From positions 10,736 to 74,735 of the forward strand of contig DATCIS010000019.1 of NCBI GenBank assembly GCA_036507655.1: DNA of 64,000 nt, given 5' to 3'. This document shows, one piece after another, positions 46,752 to 56,079 of this stretch (position 1 is the first letter of the stretch; each line of letters opens with the position of its first letter). The notes under the pieces are model-generated. The model was not told the DNA's origin, searched no databases, and worked only from the letters and a program-made list of their open reading frames with translations. The position numbers and the translations under genes were made by a program. This DNA comes from Candidatus Saccharimonadales bacterium. GTDB taxonomy: Bacteria > Patescibacteriota > Saccharimonadia > Saccharimonadales > UBA10212.

Positions 46752-47936
46752 ATGGCATCCGAGAAGCAGAAAGTCCTTATTTTAGGCGGCGGGTTCGGCG
46801 GAGTTAAGACCGCGCTGGAGCTGGCTAACCATCCTCATTTTGCGGTGACCCTGATGTCAGACCAGCTGAATTTCCGTTACTATCCCGCGCTATACCAGGC
46901 TGCCACCGGCGGTAGCCCGGTAGCGTCATCAATACCCCTTTCAGAGATTTTTGCCGGCAAAAACGTCCGGATAGTCCAAGACAGCGCTAAAAAGCTTGAT
47001 AGGCATAGCAAACAAATCCACTGCAAATCCGGCAAAATCTACGGCTATGATGTTCTTGTGGTAGCCCTGGGGGTAATTACCAACTATTTTGGGATTAAGG
47101 GATTAAAGGAGTATTCCTTCGGCATTAAAACCCTGGAAGATGCCCAAGAATTGCGCGACCACCTGCATAAACTCTTGATGGCTGAAGGCCAGCCGGACCT
47201 CAACTATGTAATCATCGGCGGCGGCCCGACCGGCGTCGAGTTGGCGGGCGTTCTGCCGGCCTATATCAAACACATTATGCAGAGGCATAAATTTCCCGCC
47301 AAAGCTATTCATGTTGAGCTAGTGGAGGCCGAACCGTATCTGGTACCGAGGATGCCGCGGCCTTATTCCATCGCTATCCAAAAACGGTTGCACCGCCTTG
47401 GCGTAAAGCTTCATTTGCACCAAAAAGTCGAGGCTGAAACCGCTGACAGACTGACGGTTAGCGGCCGCAGCATTGTTAGCCATACGGTCGTTTGGACGGC
47501 CGGTGTCACCAACCATCCCTTCCTAGCGGCTAATAAATTCAGCTTCAGTGAACAAGCCAAAGTTTTAGTTAACGAGTTGCTGCAGGCGGAAGAAGACATT
47601 TACGTTATCGGCGACAATGCCGACACCATATATTCGGGCATGGCGCAGACGGCTCTTTACGACGGTAAGTTCGTGGCTGAAAATTTTAAACGCCTGGCGA
47701 GGGGTAAACACCCTTGGCCGTATAAGCCCCGCAAACCGGTTTACGTCACTCCCGTCGGCCAACATTGGGCAGCGGTGCAATGGGGTAATCTGCAGATTTA
47801 CGGCTGGTTGGGGTGGGTGCTGCGGCGGGTAGCCGATTTTGTCGGCTATCACGACCTGCAGCCATGGTGGTCGGCTTACAAGCACTGGGAAGCCGAAAAT
47901 CAGAGCGGCGAAACCTGCAAAACATGTAGAGGTTAA
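46752..47936 (+). CDS. ndh: Type II NADH dehydrogenase-like FAD-dependent oxidoreductase
   Basis: ILGGGFGG, YDVLVVALG, IGGGPTGVELAG, VWTAGV, IGD, AQ.A. Confidence 0.85.
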   Translation: MASEKQKVLILGGGFGGVKTALELANHPHFAVTLMSDQLNFRYYPALYQAATGGSPVASSIPLSEIFAGKNVRIVQDSAKKLDRHSKQIHCKSGKIYGYDVLVVALGVITNYFGIKGLKEYSFGIKTLEDAQELRDHLHKLLMAEGQPDLNYVIIGGGPTGVELAGVLPAYIKHIMQRHKFPAKAIHVELVEAEPYLVPRMPRPYSIAIQKRLHRLGVKLHLHQKVEAETADRLTVSGRSIVSHTVVWTAGVTNHPFLAANKFSFSEQAKVLVNELLQAEEDIYVIGDNADTIYSGMAQTALYDGKFVAENFKRLARGKHPWPYKPRKPVYVTPVGQHWAAVQWGNLQIYGWLGWVLRRVADFVGYHDLQPWWSAYKHWEAENQSGETCKTCRG

Positions 47937-47941
47937 AGCCT

Positions 47942-49483
47942 ATGGACGCCAAAAAACTGATTTTTAAAGGACAACGGGCACTCGATTTAGTTGATGGACG
48001 GCTGGATCGACTAACGTCATATCGGCTGGTGCTGTACTCGCTGCTGGCTTTTGTGGCCTGGGGAATACTGGGTGGTTTGATGGGCGAGATCGCCTTTGAA
48101 TGGCACCAGGTTTTAGCTTCAACCGCCTTTTTGGCGGTCGTTTGCGTCACCGTCAACTACATAGCTTCTGAGCTACTCAATATCCCGCGCAACAAAGAAT
48201 CCGACTATATAACCGCTTTGATACTGGCTCTGATTTTAATGCCAGCCCAAGAACCTAATGATTACCTGATTTTGGCTGCAGCCGGTTCAGCCGCGATGCT
48301 GTCAAAGTACGTTCTGGTTTACGGCCAGCGGCATATTTTTAACCCGGCGGCAGCCGGCGCGTTCACGGTAGCTCTGCTATTTGATTATTTCCCGGCCTGG
48401 TGGATTGGGACGGCTTTTCTGGTACCGCTGGTCTTTATTGCCGGACAGCTGATTTTGCGCAAGATGAAGCGTTATTTAATGGTCAGCGTTTTTATGAGCA
48501 TCTATTTAGGTTACCTGGTTATTAATTTCTTTCTTAAAGACCAGGCCGGCGATCTGCTAAATATTGTCTGGGTCGGGCTGACTGCTACGCCAGTACTCTT
48601 CTTTGCCTACATTATGCTGACCGAGCCATCTTCTTCTCCGCATAAGCCGAAGCAAATGCTGGCCTACGCCACTCTCGTGGGAGTACTTTACTCGGTCAGC
48701 GATTGGCACTTCGCACCCGAAGAAGCCCTGCTTCTTGGCAATCTGTTCGCTTTTATCATGGCGCCCAATCGCCGTTTTGAGCTAGCGCTCAAACAAAAGA
48801 AAAAAGAGGCTAAAGATATCTACAGCTACATATTTAGTGGTAAAAAGAATTTACGGTTTGCTGCCGGCCAATATATGGAGTGGACACTACCGATGGTTAA
48901 GGCCGATACCCGCGGCAACCGGCGTTATTTTACTGTTTCTTCAGCGCCAACCGAAGATTATCTGATGTTTACCACCAAAGAACCAGAGAAGCGCAGCAGT
49001 TTTAAAGCCGGGCTGGAGAAACTGCAAGAGGGCGATAAGATGCTGGCCTACCAGCTCGAAGGCTCGTTTGTATTACCAAAGCACACTAGCCAAAAGTTGG
49101 CTTTTTTGGCCGGCGGCATCGGTGTTACGCCATTTCGCAGTATCATTAAATACCTCCTCGACAGCCGGCAAAAGCGCGACATCACACTGCTATATTCAGC
49201 CAACAGCGCCGATGAGTTCGCTTTTACCGACTTATTTCAACAATCACTACAAGCTGGCATCACAACGCATTACGCGCTCAGCGGTGAGGCACCCGATAAT
49301 TGGCTTGGTTTCAAAGGCCCGGTAGATGCCGCAATGATAAAGACCGCAGTTCCCGATTACAAAGAGCGTGTTTTCTACATATCCGGACCGTACGGTTTCG
49401 TTACCGGGTTACGGCAAACCCTGCTTAAAATGGGTTTGCCTCGCCAAAAAATCATTTCTGACTACTTCCCGGGTTACGGCTAG
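47942..49483 (+). CDS. NqrB/RnfD-like membrane domain fused to ferredoxin-NAD(P) reductase-like domain
   Basis: ITALILAL, SKY...RHIFNPAA, MLTEP (RnfD-like); FAAGQY, RRYFTVSS, AGGIGVTPF, YISGP, DYFPGY (FNR). Confidence 0.9.
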   Translation: MDAKKLIFKGQRALDLVDGRLDRLTSYRLVLYSLLAFVAWGILGGLMGEIAFEWHQVLASTAFLAVVCVTVNYIASELLNIPRNKESDYITALILALILMPAQEPNDYLILAAAGSAAMLSKYVLVYGQRHIFNPAAAGAFTVALLFDYFPAWWIGTAFLVPLVFIAGQLILRKMKRYLMVSVFMSIYLGYLVINFFLKDQAGDLLNIVWVGLTATPVLFFAYIMLTEPSSSPHKPKQMLAYATLVGVLYSVSDWHFAPEEALLLGNLFAFIMAPNRRFELALKQKKKEAKDIYSYIFSGKKNLRFAAGQYMEWTLPMVKADTRGNRRYFTVSSAPTEDYLMFTTKEPEKRSSFKAGLEKLQEGDKMLAYQLEGSFVLPKHTSQKLAFLAGGIGVTPFRSIIKYLLDSRQKRDITLLYSANSADEFAFTDLFQQSLQAGITTHYALSGEAPDNWLGFKGPVDAAMIKTAVPDYKERVFYISGPYGFVTGLRQTLLKMGLPRQKIISDYFPGYG

Positions 49484-50149
49484 AGCTTCGTAGTCTTTTT
49501 GTTTTTTGACAAAATCGATGCCTTTTTTGCCCATGGCGAAGGCGGCCGTGGCTAGAACATCGGCTGAGATGATATCCGGACCGACCACAGTAATGCTTAG
49601 TATTTCGTCGGCCGGTTTTTTAGTTTTGGGGTTGATGATGTGCCCTCCGCGCTCGTAATTCCCCGATGTAGCCACCGCTCCGTTAGAAATACTTAACTTG
49701 TTAAGTATTCTCTGCTTATCAGTTGGATCTTGGATACCGATTTTCCAAATTTTATCGCTGCTCGAACGGCATAAAATATCACCACCAGCATAGATGGAGT
49801 AGGTTTTTTGGCCTTTGGATTCTAAAACCCTTCCAGCCTCGGCTATCGCCCAGCCTTTTACATACCCACTCGGGTCACAACTATCGCCGTACCATGCCGA
49901 GAAATAGCCATCTGTTTTTTCTTCAGCCCTTCGGCAGGCATGAAGTATGAATTTCATCTCGGGGCTCAAAGTCAGCTCATTTAGCTCACCGCGGTTATAT
50001 TTGGAAAGCTCGCTGTTCTTCTTATAGGGGCTGAACTGCCTATCAATCGCCCGCAATCTGTCAAAAGCGGCTTTTACAACAGACTCATTTTTAAGCTGTG
50101 GGACCTCGATAGTCACGGCCATGCCCATAACTCGGGCGGTTTTTCTCAT
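49409..50149 (-). CDS. apbE: FAD:protein FMN transferase ApbE (short form)
   Basis: MG..V.I, FS.YK..SELS..N, DPSGYVKGWA, GGD, WKIGIQDP, VATSGNYERG.HIINP, ADVLATA. Confidence 0.93.
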   Translation of the reverse strand: MRKTARVMGMAVTIEVPQLKNESVVKAAFDRLRAIDRQFSPYKKNSELSKYNRGELNELTLSPEMKFILHACRRAEEKTDGYFSAWYGDSCDPSGYVKGWAIAEAGRVLESKGQKTYSIYAGGDILCRSSSDKIWKIGIQDPTDKQRILNKLSISNGAVATSGNYERGGHIINPKTKKPADEILSITVVGPDIISADVLATAAFAMGKKGIDFVKKQKDYEALAVTREVVRNDFLARQTHFKQGLP

Positions 50150-50152
50150 GAC

Positions 50153-50593
50153 CTATGATTTAGAAGCATCGTATGCTTTATCAAGCGCCGACTGCAGCGA
50201 TTCCTGATAGCCGTAACTGGTACTGGTGGCCCCTGTTACAAAATCGATTTGATCACTTTGCTTTTCGAGGGTAGTGGCTTTAAGTAGGGGCTTGGACATT
50301 TCGGTTAGTTGTTGAGTACGACCGTCGTCTTTATCAGGCATCTGCCTAAACTGCACATCGCTAATTTTGCCGCTGGTTATTACAATTGTAATCTGAACAT
50401 TGCCATACAGCGTCTCAGCCACATCACTAGTGTACGTACCGTTCGGGTAATTATTCGCCTGAGTAGACCTATCCCCAATCCGGTTCTGGCTGGCCTGGAC
50501 GGCCGGTTCGTTAGATTCATTCTGTATCAACATATAACCACCCAGCCCACCTAAAATCGCCACCACCAAAACAATAACTAAACCTTTTTTCAC
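50153..50593 (-). CDS. Membrane-anchored FMN-binding (flavinylation target) protein
   Basis: N-terminal TM; GTYT, YGNVQ, IDFVTGATSTS flavinylation motif [S/T]GA[S/T]. Confidence 0.92.
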   Translation of the reverse strand: MKKGLVIVLVVAILGGLGGYMLIQNESNEPAVQASQNRIGDRSTQANNYPNGTYTSDVAETLYGNVQITIVITSGKISDVQFRQMPDKDDGRTQQLTEMSKPLLKATTLEKQSDQIDFVTGATSTSYGYQESLQSALDKAYDASKS

Positions 50594-50667
50594 TACATTC
50601 AGTTTACCAGCAGACTTTAATTTAAGCTGAAGTCTAAGTTTTCACTTTGAGTTGACCGCCCTTTTTC

Positions 50668-50754
50668 TCCGGAAGAGCAGCCAGACAAAATGTATTCCAT
50701 TTTGCCTGCGCGATGAGAAACCACGAAGGGGTGTCTCATAAGGCCGTTAGGCGC
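50668..50754 (-). repeat. Structured dispersed element, copy D (3' of ABC permease)
   Basis: GCGCCTAACGGCC-TTATGAGACACC-CCTTCGT-GGTTTCTCAT-CGCG-CAGGCAAAATG-GAATA-CATTTTGTCTG-GCTGCTCTTCCGGA; close to copy C. Confidence 0.9.
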
Positions 50755-51501
50755 CTAGACCTGGATGCGGTTGAAGCGGTTGACGGCAAAGGTTGTGGCG
50801 ACTACCAGCGTTATGAACAGTACTGCCATGTCCAGCGCAATCGAAAAGTGGCTTTCGCCGAGTAGAACATACCGTAGGCCATCAACTGCGTAAGATAGAG
50901 GATTGACCGAAGCAATGATACGCAAAATATCTGGCGCATTGGTCAGCGGGTATAACGCATTTGACAGGAAAAATAGTGGGAACATCACGAAGCTGTTAAT
51001 AGCTTGGAAGCCCTGAAAGTCTTCAACCGCCGAGGCCAAGCCAGCGCCAAAATGCGCCAGAGCCAACGACATAGCAGCCATTATCCCAACCGCTATAGGT
51101 ACCGCTAGCCAATTCTCGGGTCTGAAACCAAGCGCCAGGGCAATAACGAATACCAGGCAAGCTTGGACGAGCGTAATTGTGGCACCACCCAGTGCGCTAC
51201 CAAGTAAAATTCTCAGTCGTGAAACAGGCGCTACTAAAAGCTCTGATAAGAAGCCGAAACGGCGATCGAATATGATAATGGCTCCCCAAAAGATTGAAGT
51301 GAACAAGATAGTCTGCATGATGATTCCGGGAACCAAAAATTGCAGGTAGTCCCCTTGCCCGGCACGTTCGAAAACCGCACCGAGCCCATAACCCAAAGCC
51401 AGCAAGAAAAGCAGGGGCTGACCGATAGAACCGATAATACGCGAGCGGCTTCGGAAATAACGCCGCATCTGCCTCAGCCACAAAACCGCCAATATCTGCA
51501 T
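50755..51501 (-). CDS. ABC-2 type exporter permease (DrrB-like)
   Basis: 6 TMs, FLVPGI, DRRFGFLSELLVAP, NPLSYAVD. Confidence 0.92.
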   Translation of the reverse strand: MQILAVLWLRQMRRYFRSRSRIIGSIGQPLLFLLALGYGLGAVFERAGQGDYLQFLVPGIIMQTILFTSIFWGAIIIFDRRFGFLSELLVAPVSRLRILLGSALGGATITLVQACLVFVIALALGFRPENWLAVPIAVGIMAAMSLALAHFGAGLASAVEDFQGFQAINSFVMFPLFFLSNALYPLTNAPDILRIIASVNPLSYAVDGLRYVLLGESHFSIALDMAVLFITLVVATTFAVNRFNRIQV

Positions 51502-51502
51502 A

Positions 51503-52312
51503 TTAGCTCCTTAAGCTCCTGATTCGCATTGCGCTTTTCATATTTAACCCGTCGTATGCATCACTGGTTTCGTCGCGAATGGTTTCGCCGGTCAATTTCA
51601 GATAAGCCTGCTCTAAGTTTTTAGTCTTGGTCAGCTTAGCCAGGTCTTTAGCCGTTCCAATTGCCACGATTTTGCCGTGGTCGATGATGGCTATGCGGCC
51701 AGCGACTTCTTCGGCTTCATCCAGATAATGGGTAGTGAAGAAAATCGTCATTCCCTCGTGCTTGGAAAGTTTCTTAACATAGTCCCATAAGACATTCCTA
51801 GTCTGGGTATCAAGTCCCAAGGTTGGTTCGTCTAAAAACAGCACCTTGGGATGATGGAGCAAACCGCGGGCGATTTCCAGCCGGCGGCGCATGCCACCCG
51901 AGAATGTTTTAATATAACTGTCTTTTCGCTCTTGCAGCCCGACTAAATTAAGTAACTCCTCAATGCGCTGGTCTTGCTCTGGTTTGGGCACATGATAAAG
52001 CGCCGCATGCAGCTCCATATTTTCTTTTGCGGTCAGCTCTTCATCCAGACTTGGGTCCTGAAAGACGATACCCAAAGATTGTCGCACTGCCGCCTGGTCT
52101 TTGGTTACATCGTGCCCGGCCAGATACAACTTGCCGCTGGTTGGCCGCAGCATGGTGGTCAGCATTTTAATGGTGGTGCTTTTACCGGCACCGTTAGGAC
52201 CTAAGAATGCAAAGATTTCTCCGGGATATATCTCGAAGTTAATGTGATTGACAGCTTTAATCTTGCCGAAGCTCTTGTAAACGTCTTCGGCCGCTATTAT
52301 CGGCCTGGCCAT
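51503..52312 (-). CDS. ABC exporter ATP-binding subunit (DrrA-like)
   Basis: GPNGAGKST, FSGGMRRR, LFLDEPT, TTHY. Confidence 0.95.
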   Translation of the reverse strand: MARPIIAAEDVYKSFGKIKAVNHINFEIYPGEIFAFLGPNGAGKSTTIKMLTTMLRPTSGKLYLAGHDVTKDQAAVRQSLGIVFQDPSLDEELTAKENMELHAALYHVPKPEQDQRIEELLNLVGLQERKDSYIKTFSGGMRRRLEIARGLLHHPKVLFLDEPTLGLDTQTRNVLWDYVKKLSKHEGMTIFFTTHYLDEAEEVAGRIAIIDHGKIVAIGTAKDLAKLTKTKNLEQAYLKLTGETIRDETSDAYDGLNMKSAMRIRSLRS

Positions 52313-52321
52313 GGGGTTACA

Positions 52322-53647
52322 TTATATCAGCTTGAGGACTTCCTCGATTGTGCTGCCGGGTTTATAAAATCGTAAATCGCTGCTACCCATTCTCCATCTC
52401 TCTTGAATCGGCTCCAATATCCTCCAGCTCTCCAAGACCTCACCGCTACTGGCAAATAGACTCTGGCTACCGCGTATGGCGTCAAGCAGAACCCGCTCAT
52501 AAGCATCTGGTAAGCGTTCATAGTGCTGCTCATAAGTAAAGGCTAGCGATTTTTGCTTTAAGCGCCGCTCGTAGCCTGGCTCTTTGACCCATAGATCGAG
52601 CTCGATACCCTCTTTGGGTTGCACCCGAAGCGCTAAGCGATTGGCTTCTGATGTTTCTTTCTTTTTGAAGTAAATTCTAATCTCTGTCAGCTTATCGTTA
52701 AGGTTTTTACCTGAGGCTAAAAGAATCGGAACGCCTTGCCAGCGCCGCTCCTTTGACTTCAGCGTCAGCCCGACGAATGTCTCGGTAGTCGAACCGGGAT
52801 TGGCAACTTCTTTCTGGTAGCTTTTATACTGTGCCCGGATAATCGGCTTGTCTATATCGATCGAAAGGGCCTTTAGAGCTATCAGCCGTCTGCTCGGAAG
52901 CTCTTCGTATTCAAATACGTCGGCATAAGGCTCCATGAGCGTTAAAGCTGCCAGCTGTAATAGGTGGCTTTGAATAACATCGCGCAAGGCGCCGGTCGAT
53001 TCATAAAATAAAGCCCGGGCCTCAATATTGATTTTCTCAGCCACGATGATGACGATTTTCTCGATGAACCGGTGGCTCCAGACATTACGGAAAAGGGCGT
53101 TGCTGCCCAGAAATACCACAATGTTCTGCGCCACTTCTTTAGCTAAGTAATGGTCAATCCGGTACACCTGCTTTTCCGGGAAGTGTTTAGCCGTTTGCGT
53201 AATCAGCTCACGCGCCGATGCCAAATCAAATCCGAAAGGCTTCTCCAACAGCAGCTTGGCTTGGGAGTGATTCAAGCCGGCTTGGCCCAGATGCCGGATA
53301 ATCGGTAAAACGGCTGCCGGCGGCACCGACAAATAGAAAATGACTTGTGGCTTCGCGCCTGATTTTTGGCCGATGGCTGATAGCTTTTTCTTTAACGCCA
53401 GATAATCGCCCTGAGCGTTCAAATCCATCTGAAAAAGCTTGGTGAAATGTTTCAGGTTTTTGTTATTATCGCCGAGTACCTCGGCTATAGACACATCACG
53501 GCGTGAGACCCCCAAGATTGTGAAGTTCTCAGGCAAGTTGGCTGAGCGACAAACTTCAGACAGAGCTGGAAGCAGATATCGCCGGCTCAAGTCACCGGTT
53601 ATTCCAAATACAACTAAAATAGTGCCTGGTAAGACTCCCTTGGCCAT
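52322..53647 (-). CDS. zwf: Glucose-6-phosphate 1-dehydrogenase
   Basis: FGITGDL, EKPFG, RIDHYLAKE, GALRDVIQSH, AYERVL. Confidence 0.95.
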   Translation of the reverse strand: MAKGVLPGTILVVFGITGDLSRRYLLPALSEVCRSANLPENFTILGVSRRDVSIAEVLGDNNKNLKHFTKLFQMDLNAQGDYLALKKKLSAIGQKSGAKPQVIFYLSVPPAAVLPIIRHLGQAGLNHSQAKLLLEKPFGFDLASARELITQTAKHFPEKQVYRIDHYLAKEVAQNIVVFLGSNALFRNVWSHRFIEKIVIIVAEKINIEARALFYESTGALRDVIQSHLLQLAALTLMEPYADVFEYEELPSRRLIALKALSIDIDKPIIRAQYKSYQKEVANPGSTTETFVGLTLKSKERRWQGVPILLASGKNLNDKLTEIRIYFKKKETSEANRLALRVQPKEGIELDLWVKEPGYERRLKQKSLAFTYEQHYERLPDAYERVLLDAIRGSQSLFASSGEVLESWRILEPIQERWRMGSSDLRFYKPGSTIEEVLKLI

Positions 53648-53695
53648 ACCAGCAGTATAGAGGTTATTGCTTGAAAAATTAATTTTCGGCAGGGA

Positions 53696-56077
53696 TTAAG
53701 CCTGGCGCTGGTTATCAATCGGATCCAAATCGCCGACATCCAGTTTTACCACGCTTCCGGGTTGAGCCTCACCGCGCAGAATTTTGGTTGCCACAACGTC
53801 CTCCACTGCATCGGCAATTACCCGCCGCATTGGACGGGCGCCAAATTCCGGATCATATCCGGCCTGGATTAATTTAGCCAAGGCCGCATCGCTCAACTGG
53901 ACCGAGACATTTTGCTTGGCCAAAGTTTGGTTGACATTATTAATCATCAGCTTGGCGACTTGGGTTAGCTCTGGCTGGTTCAGCGACCTGAACAACACGA
54001 TTCCATCGAAACGGTTTATCAGCTCAGCTCGAAAAACATTGCTAGCTATGAGCTTGTCGATCAGCGGCCTCTCAAATGATTCCAACGTATCACCGGCCGC
54101 CACCCTTTGAGTAATCTCGGCTGAACCAGCATTTGATGTAGTGATGATTATAGCATTGCGGAATGACGCTGGGTGGCCGGCTTTATCAGTCAGGCGACCT
54201 TCATCCAGAACCTGCAGTAGCAGGTTAAGCACGGCCTGGCTAGCTTTTTCGACTTCATCTAGCAGTACAACTGAAAACGGTTGCTGCCGGATTTGTAAAA
54301 TCAGGCTTTTGTTGGCCGGGCCGCCGGCCTCCACTAACCGCTCGGCAGCCTCTGACTGGTGATACTCGGTCATGTCTAAGCGAATCATTCGCCGTTCGTC
54401 GCCGAAATAAACCGCTGCCAATGAGCGCCCTAGTTCAGTCTTGCCAACACCGGTTGGACCCAAGAACAAAAAGCTGCCAACCGGGCGCTTGGGGTCGGCC
54501 ACGCCGGCCCGGCCACGTCGCAGCGCTGCCGACACTACTTGAACTGCCCTTTCCTGATTAATCATACGGCTGTGGATACGTTCTTCCAGATTGAGCAAAA
54601 CATCGGCTTCCGGAGCTTCGGCTTTTGCGACTTTTACGCCGCGAGTGATTTCAACAGCCGCTTGCACTGATTCAGCGGTCATAATCTTATCTTGGGTGTA
54701 AGGGATGGACTGCTCAAGCAGGCTGATAGCCTTGCCTGGATAAGCCTGATCCTGCATGTATTGGTCGCTTAGGCGATAGGCCTCACGCACTGCCTGATAC
54801 GTGACATTGATGTGATTTTGGGCCTCCAGCGTTAATGCACTGTCCTCTAAAATCTGCATCGTAATAGTTTGGTCAGGTTCGTTAATGATAATCGGCGCCA
54901 TATGCGCCGCCAGCGACTCACGGTTCGATTTTAATTGCTGCCAGAACTCCGGTGTGAAGGCTGCAACGACTTTTACCGTGTGGTTTTGTAACAGCGGCAG
55001 CAGTATCTGGCTGACGTCAAAAGCGCCTGTGCCTTTTCCAAAAAATAGCTCGGCCTCGTCTAGAAAAATAATGATGTTGCGGGCATGCACGGCTTCATTG
55101 AACAGACGAAGCATAATTTTTTCGAGCTTATCGCCAGCCGCCGACAAAATAGCTGAGGCATTAAGGCTGACAATCTGGTAGTACTGGAGGCTTTGGTCTT
55201 GGCCCCTCAGTAATCTTTCGGCTAGCGCGTACACTAGTGACGTCTTGCCAGTGCCAGCTGGGCCAACAAGCGCAGCGTTCCCCTGGGGCTGGCTCAAAGA
55301 ATGGACTACGCTGTCCAAAACTTCGCCGTGTGCCAGGGTGTGAAAATGGCCATGCCCGGCTTCGACAGCCGAACTGATATTCTGGCCGAACTGGTCGAGG
55401 GTCGGCGTGAAGCCCGATGCCCAGTCGCGGCCAATACCACCAAAATACGGCTTGGGTTGGTTTAAAGACCGGCTTAGACGCCCCAGCCAGTCCGAAGTTT
55501 CCAGTAAATCTTCGCTTGTCAAGTTAAGTTTAGCTAAATAATCTTTTGCCGGTTGAGAGCTAGTAAGCAGAGATGCGGCTAATATCCCGGCGTGTAACTC
55601 GGGGCTGTTTTGCCGCTTCATCAATTCTTGAGCGTTGTGCCAGACAGCTGCCATTTCGTCCGGTACCTCGCTTAATGAGCGTGAAACCTGCTCAGTTGAA
55701 AGCAATAAGTGATTAATGATGAACCTGCCCTGCCACTCCAACGTGACGGCTTGCCAAGTACTGCGCGGAGTAACCGGTGTCGGCTTACTGAAACGAGCTA
55801 GCAGTTTAGGTTCGAGAATATCGTCGAGCGTACGCGGCGCTAAGTTAGGCGGAAGTTTTGCTAAATCACGGCGATACCATAGGCCGATAACGGCGGTGAA
55901 TGATGACAGGCACAGGCCAGCAAAGCCGAGATTTTTTGAGTCAGCGGCAATCAGAAAGGCAATTCCTAGAACTACCGAGACGACCGAGCTGGATAACAGC
56001 ACAAGGCCTCCTCTGTTGCCTATCAAAGCTGCCAGCCTGGCTTGGCGCGCCCGCAGACTGTTGAGTTCTAGCTCCAT
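53696..56077 (-). CDS. Membrane-anchored ClpA/B-like double AAA+ ATPase (divergent)
   Basis: Two N-terminal TMs; GPAGTGKT/IIFLDE and GPTGVGKT/VLLDE; FRAELINRFD, GARPMRR. Confidence 0.88.
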   Translation of the reverse strand: MELELNSLRARQARLAALIGNRGGLVLLSSSVVSVVLGIAFLIAADSKNLGFAGLCLSSFTAVIGLWYRRDLAKLPPNLAPRTLDDILEPKLLARFSKPTPVTPRSTWQAVTLEWQGRFIINHLLLSTEQVSRSLSEVPDEMAAVWHNAQELMKRQNSPELHAGILAASLLTSSQPAKDYLAKLNLTSEDLLETSDWLGRLSRSLNQPKPYFGGIGRDWASGFTPTLDQFGQNISSAVEAGHGHFHTLAHGEVLDSVVHSLSQPQGNAALVGPAGTGKTSLVYALAERLLRGQDQSLQYYQIVSLNASAILSAAGDKLEKIMLRLFNEAVHARNIIIFLDEAELFFGKGTGAFDVSQILLPLLQNHTVKVVAAFTPEFWQQLKSNRESLAAHMAPIIINEPDQTITMQILEDSALTLEAQNHINVTYQAVREAYRLSDQYMQDQAYPGKAISLLEQSIPYTQDKIMTAESVQAAVEITRGVKVAKAEAPEADVLLNLEERIHSRMINQERAVQVVSAALRRGRAGVADPKRPVGSFLFLGPTGVGKTELGRSLAAVYFGDERRMIRLDMTEYHQSEAAERLVEAGGPANKSLILQIRQQPFSVVLLDEVEKASQAVLNLLLQVLDEGRLTDKAGHPASFRNAIIITTSNAGSAEITQRVAAGDTLESFERPLIDKLIASNVFRAELINRFDGIVLFRSLNQPELTQVAKLMINNVNQTLAKQNVSVQLSDAALAKLIQAGYDPEFGARPMRRVIADAVEDVVATKILRGEAQPGSVVKLDVGDLDPIDNQRQA

Positions 56078-56079
56078 AA

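Noticed and set aside
50612-50635. Imperfect inverted repeat AGACTTTA-N8-TGAAGTCT upstream of the FMN-binding gene
   Set aside because: Short, AT-rich and single-copy; could be an operator but cannot be distinguished from chance.
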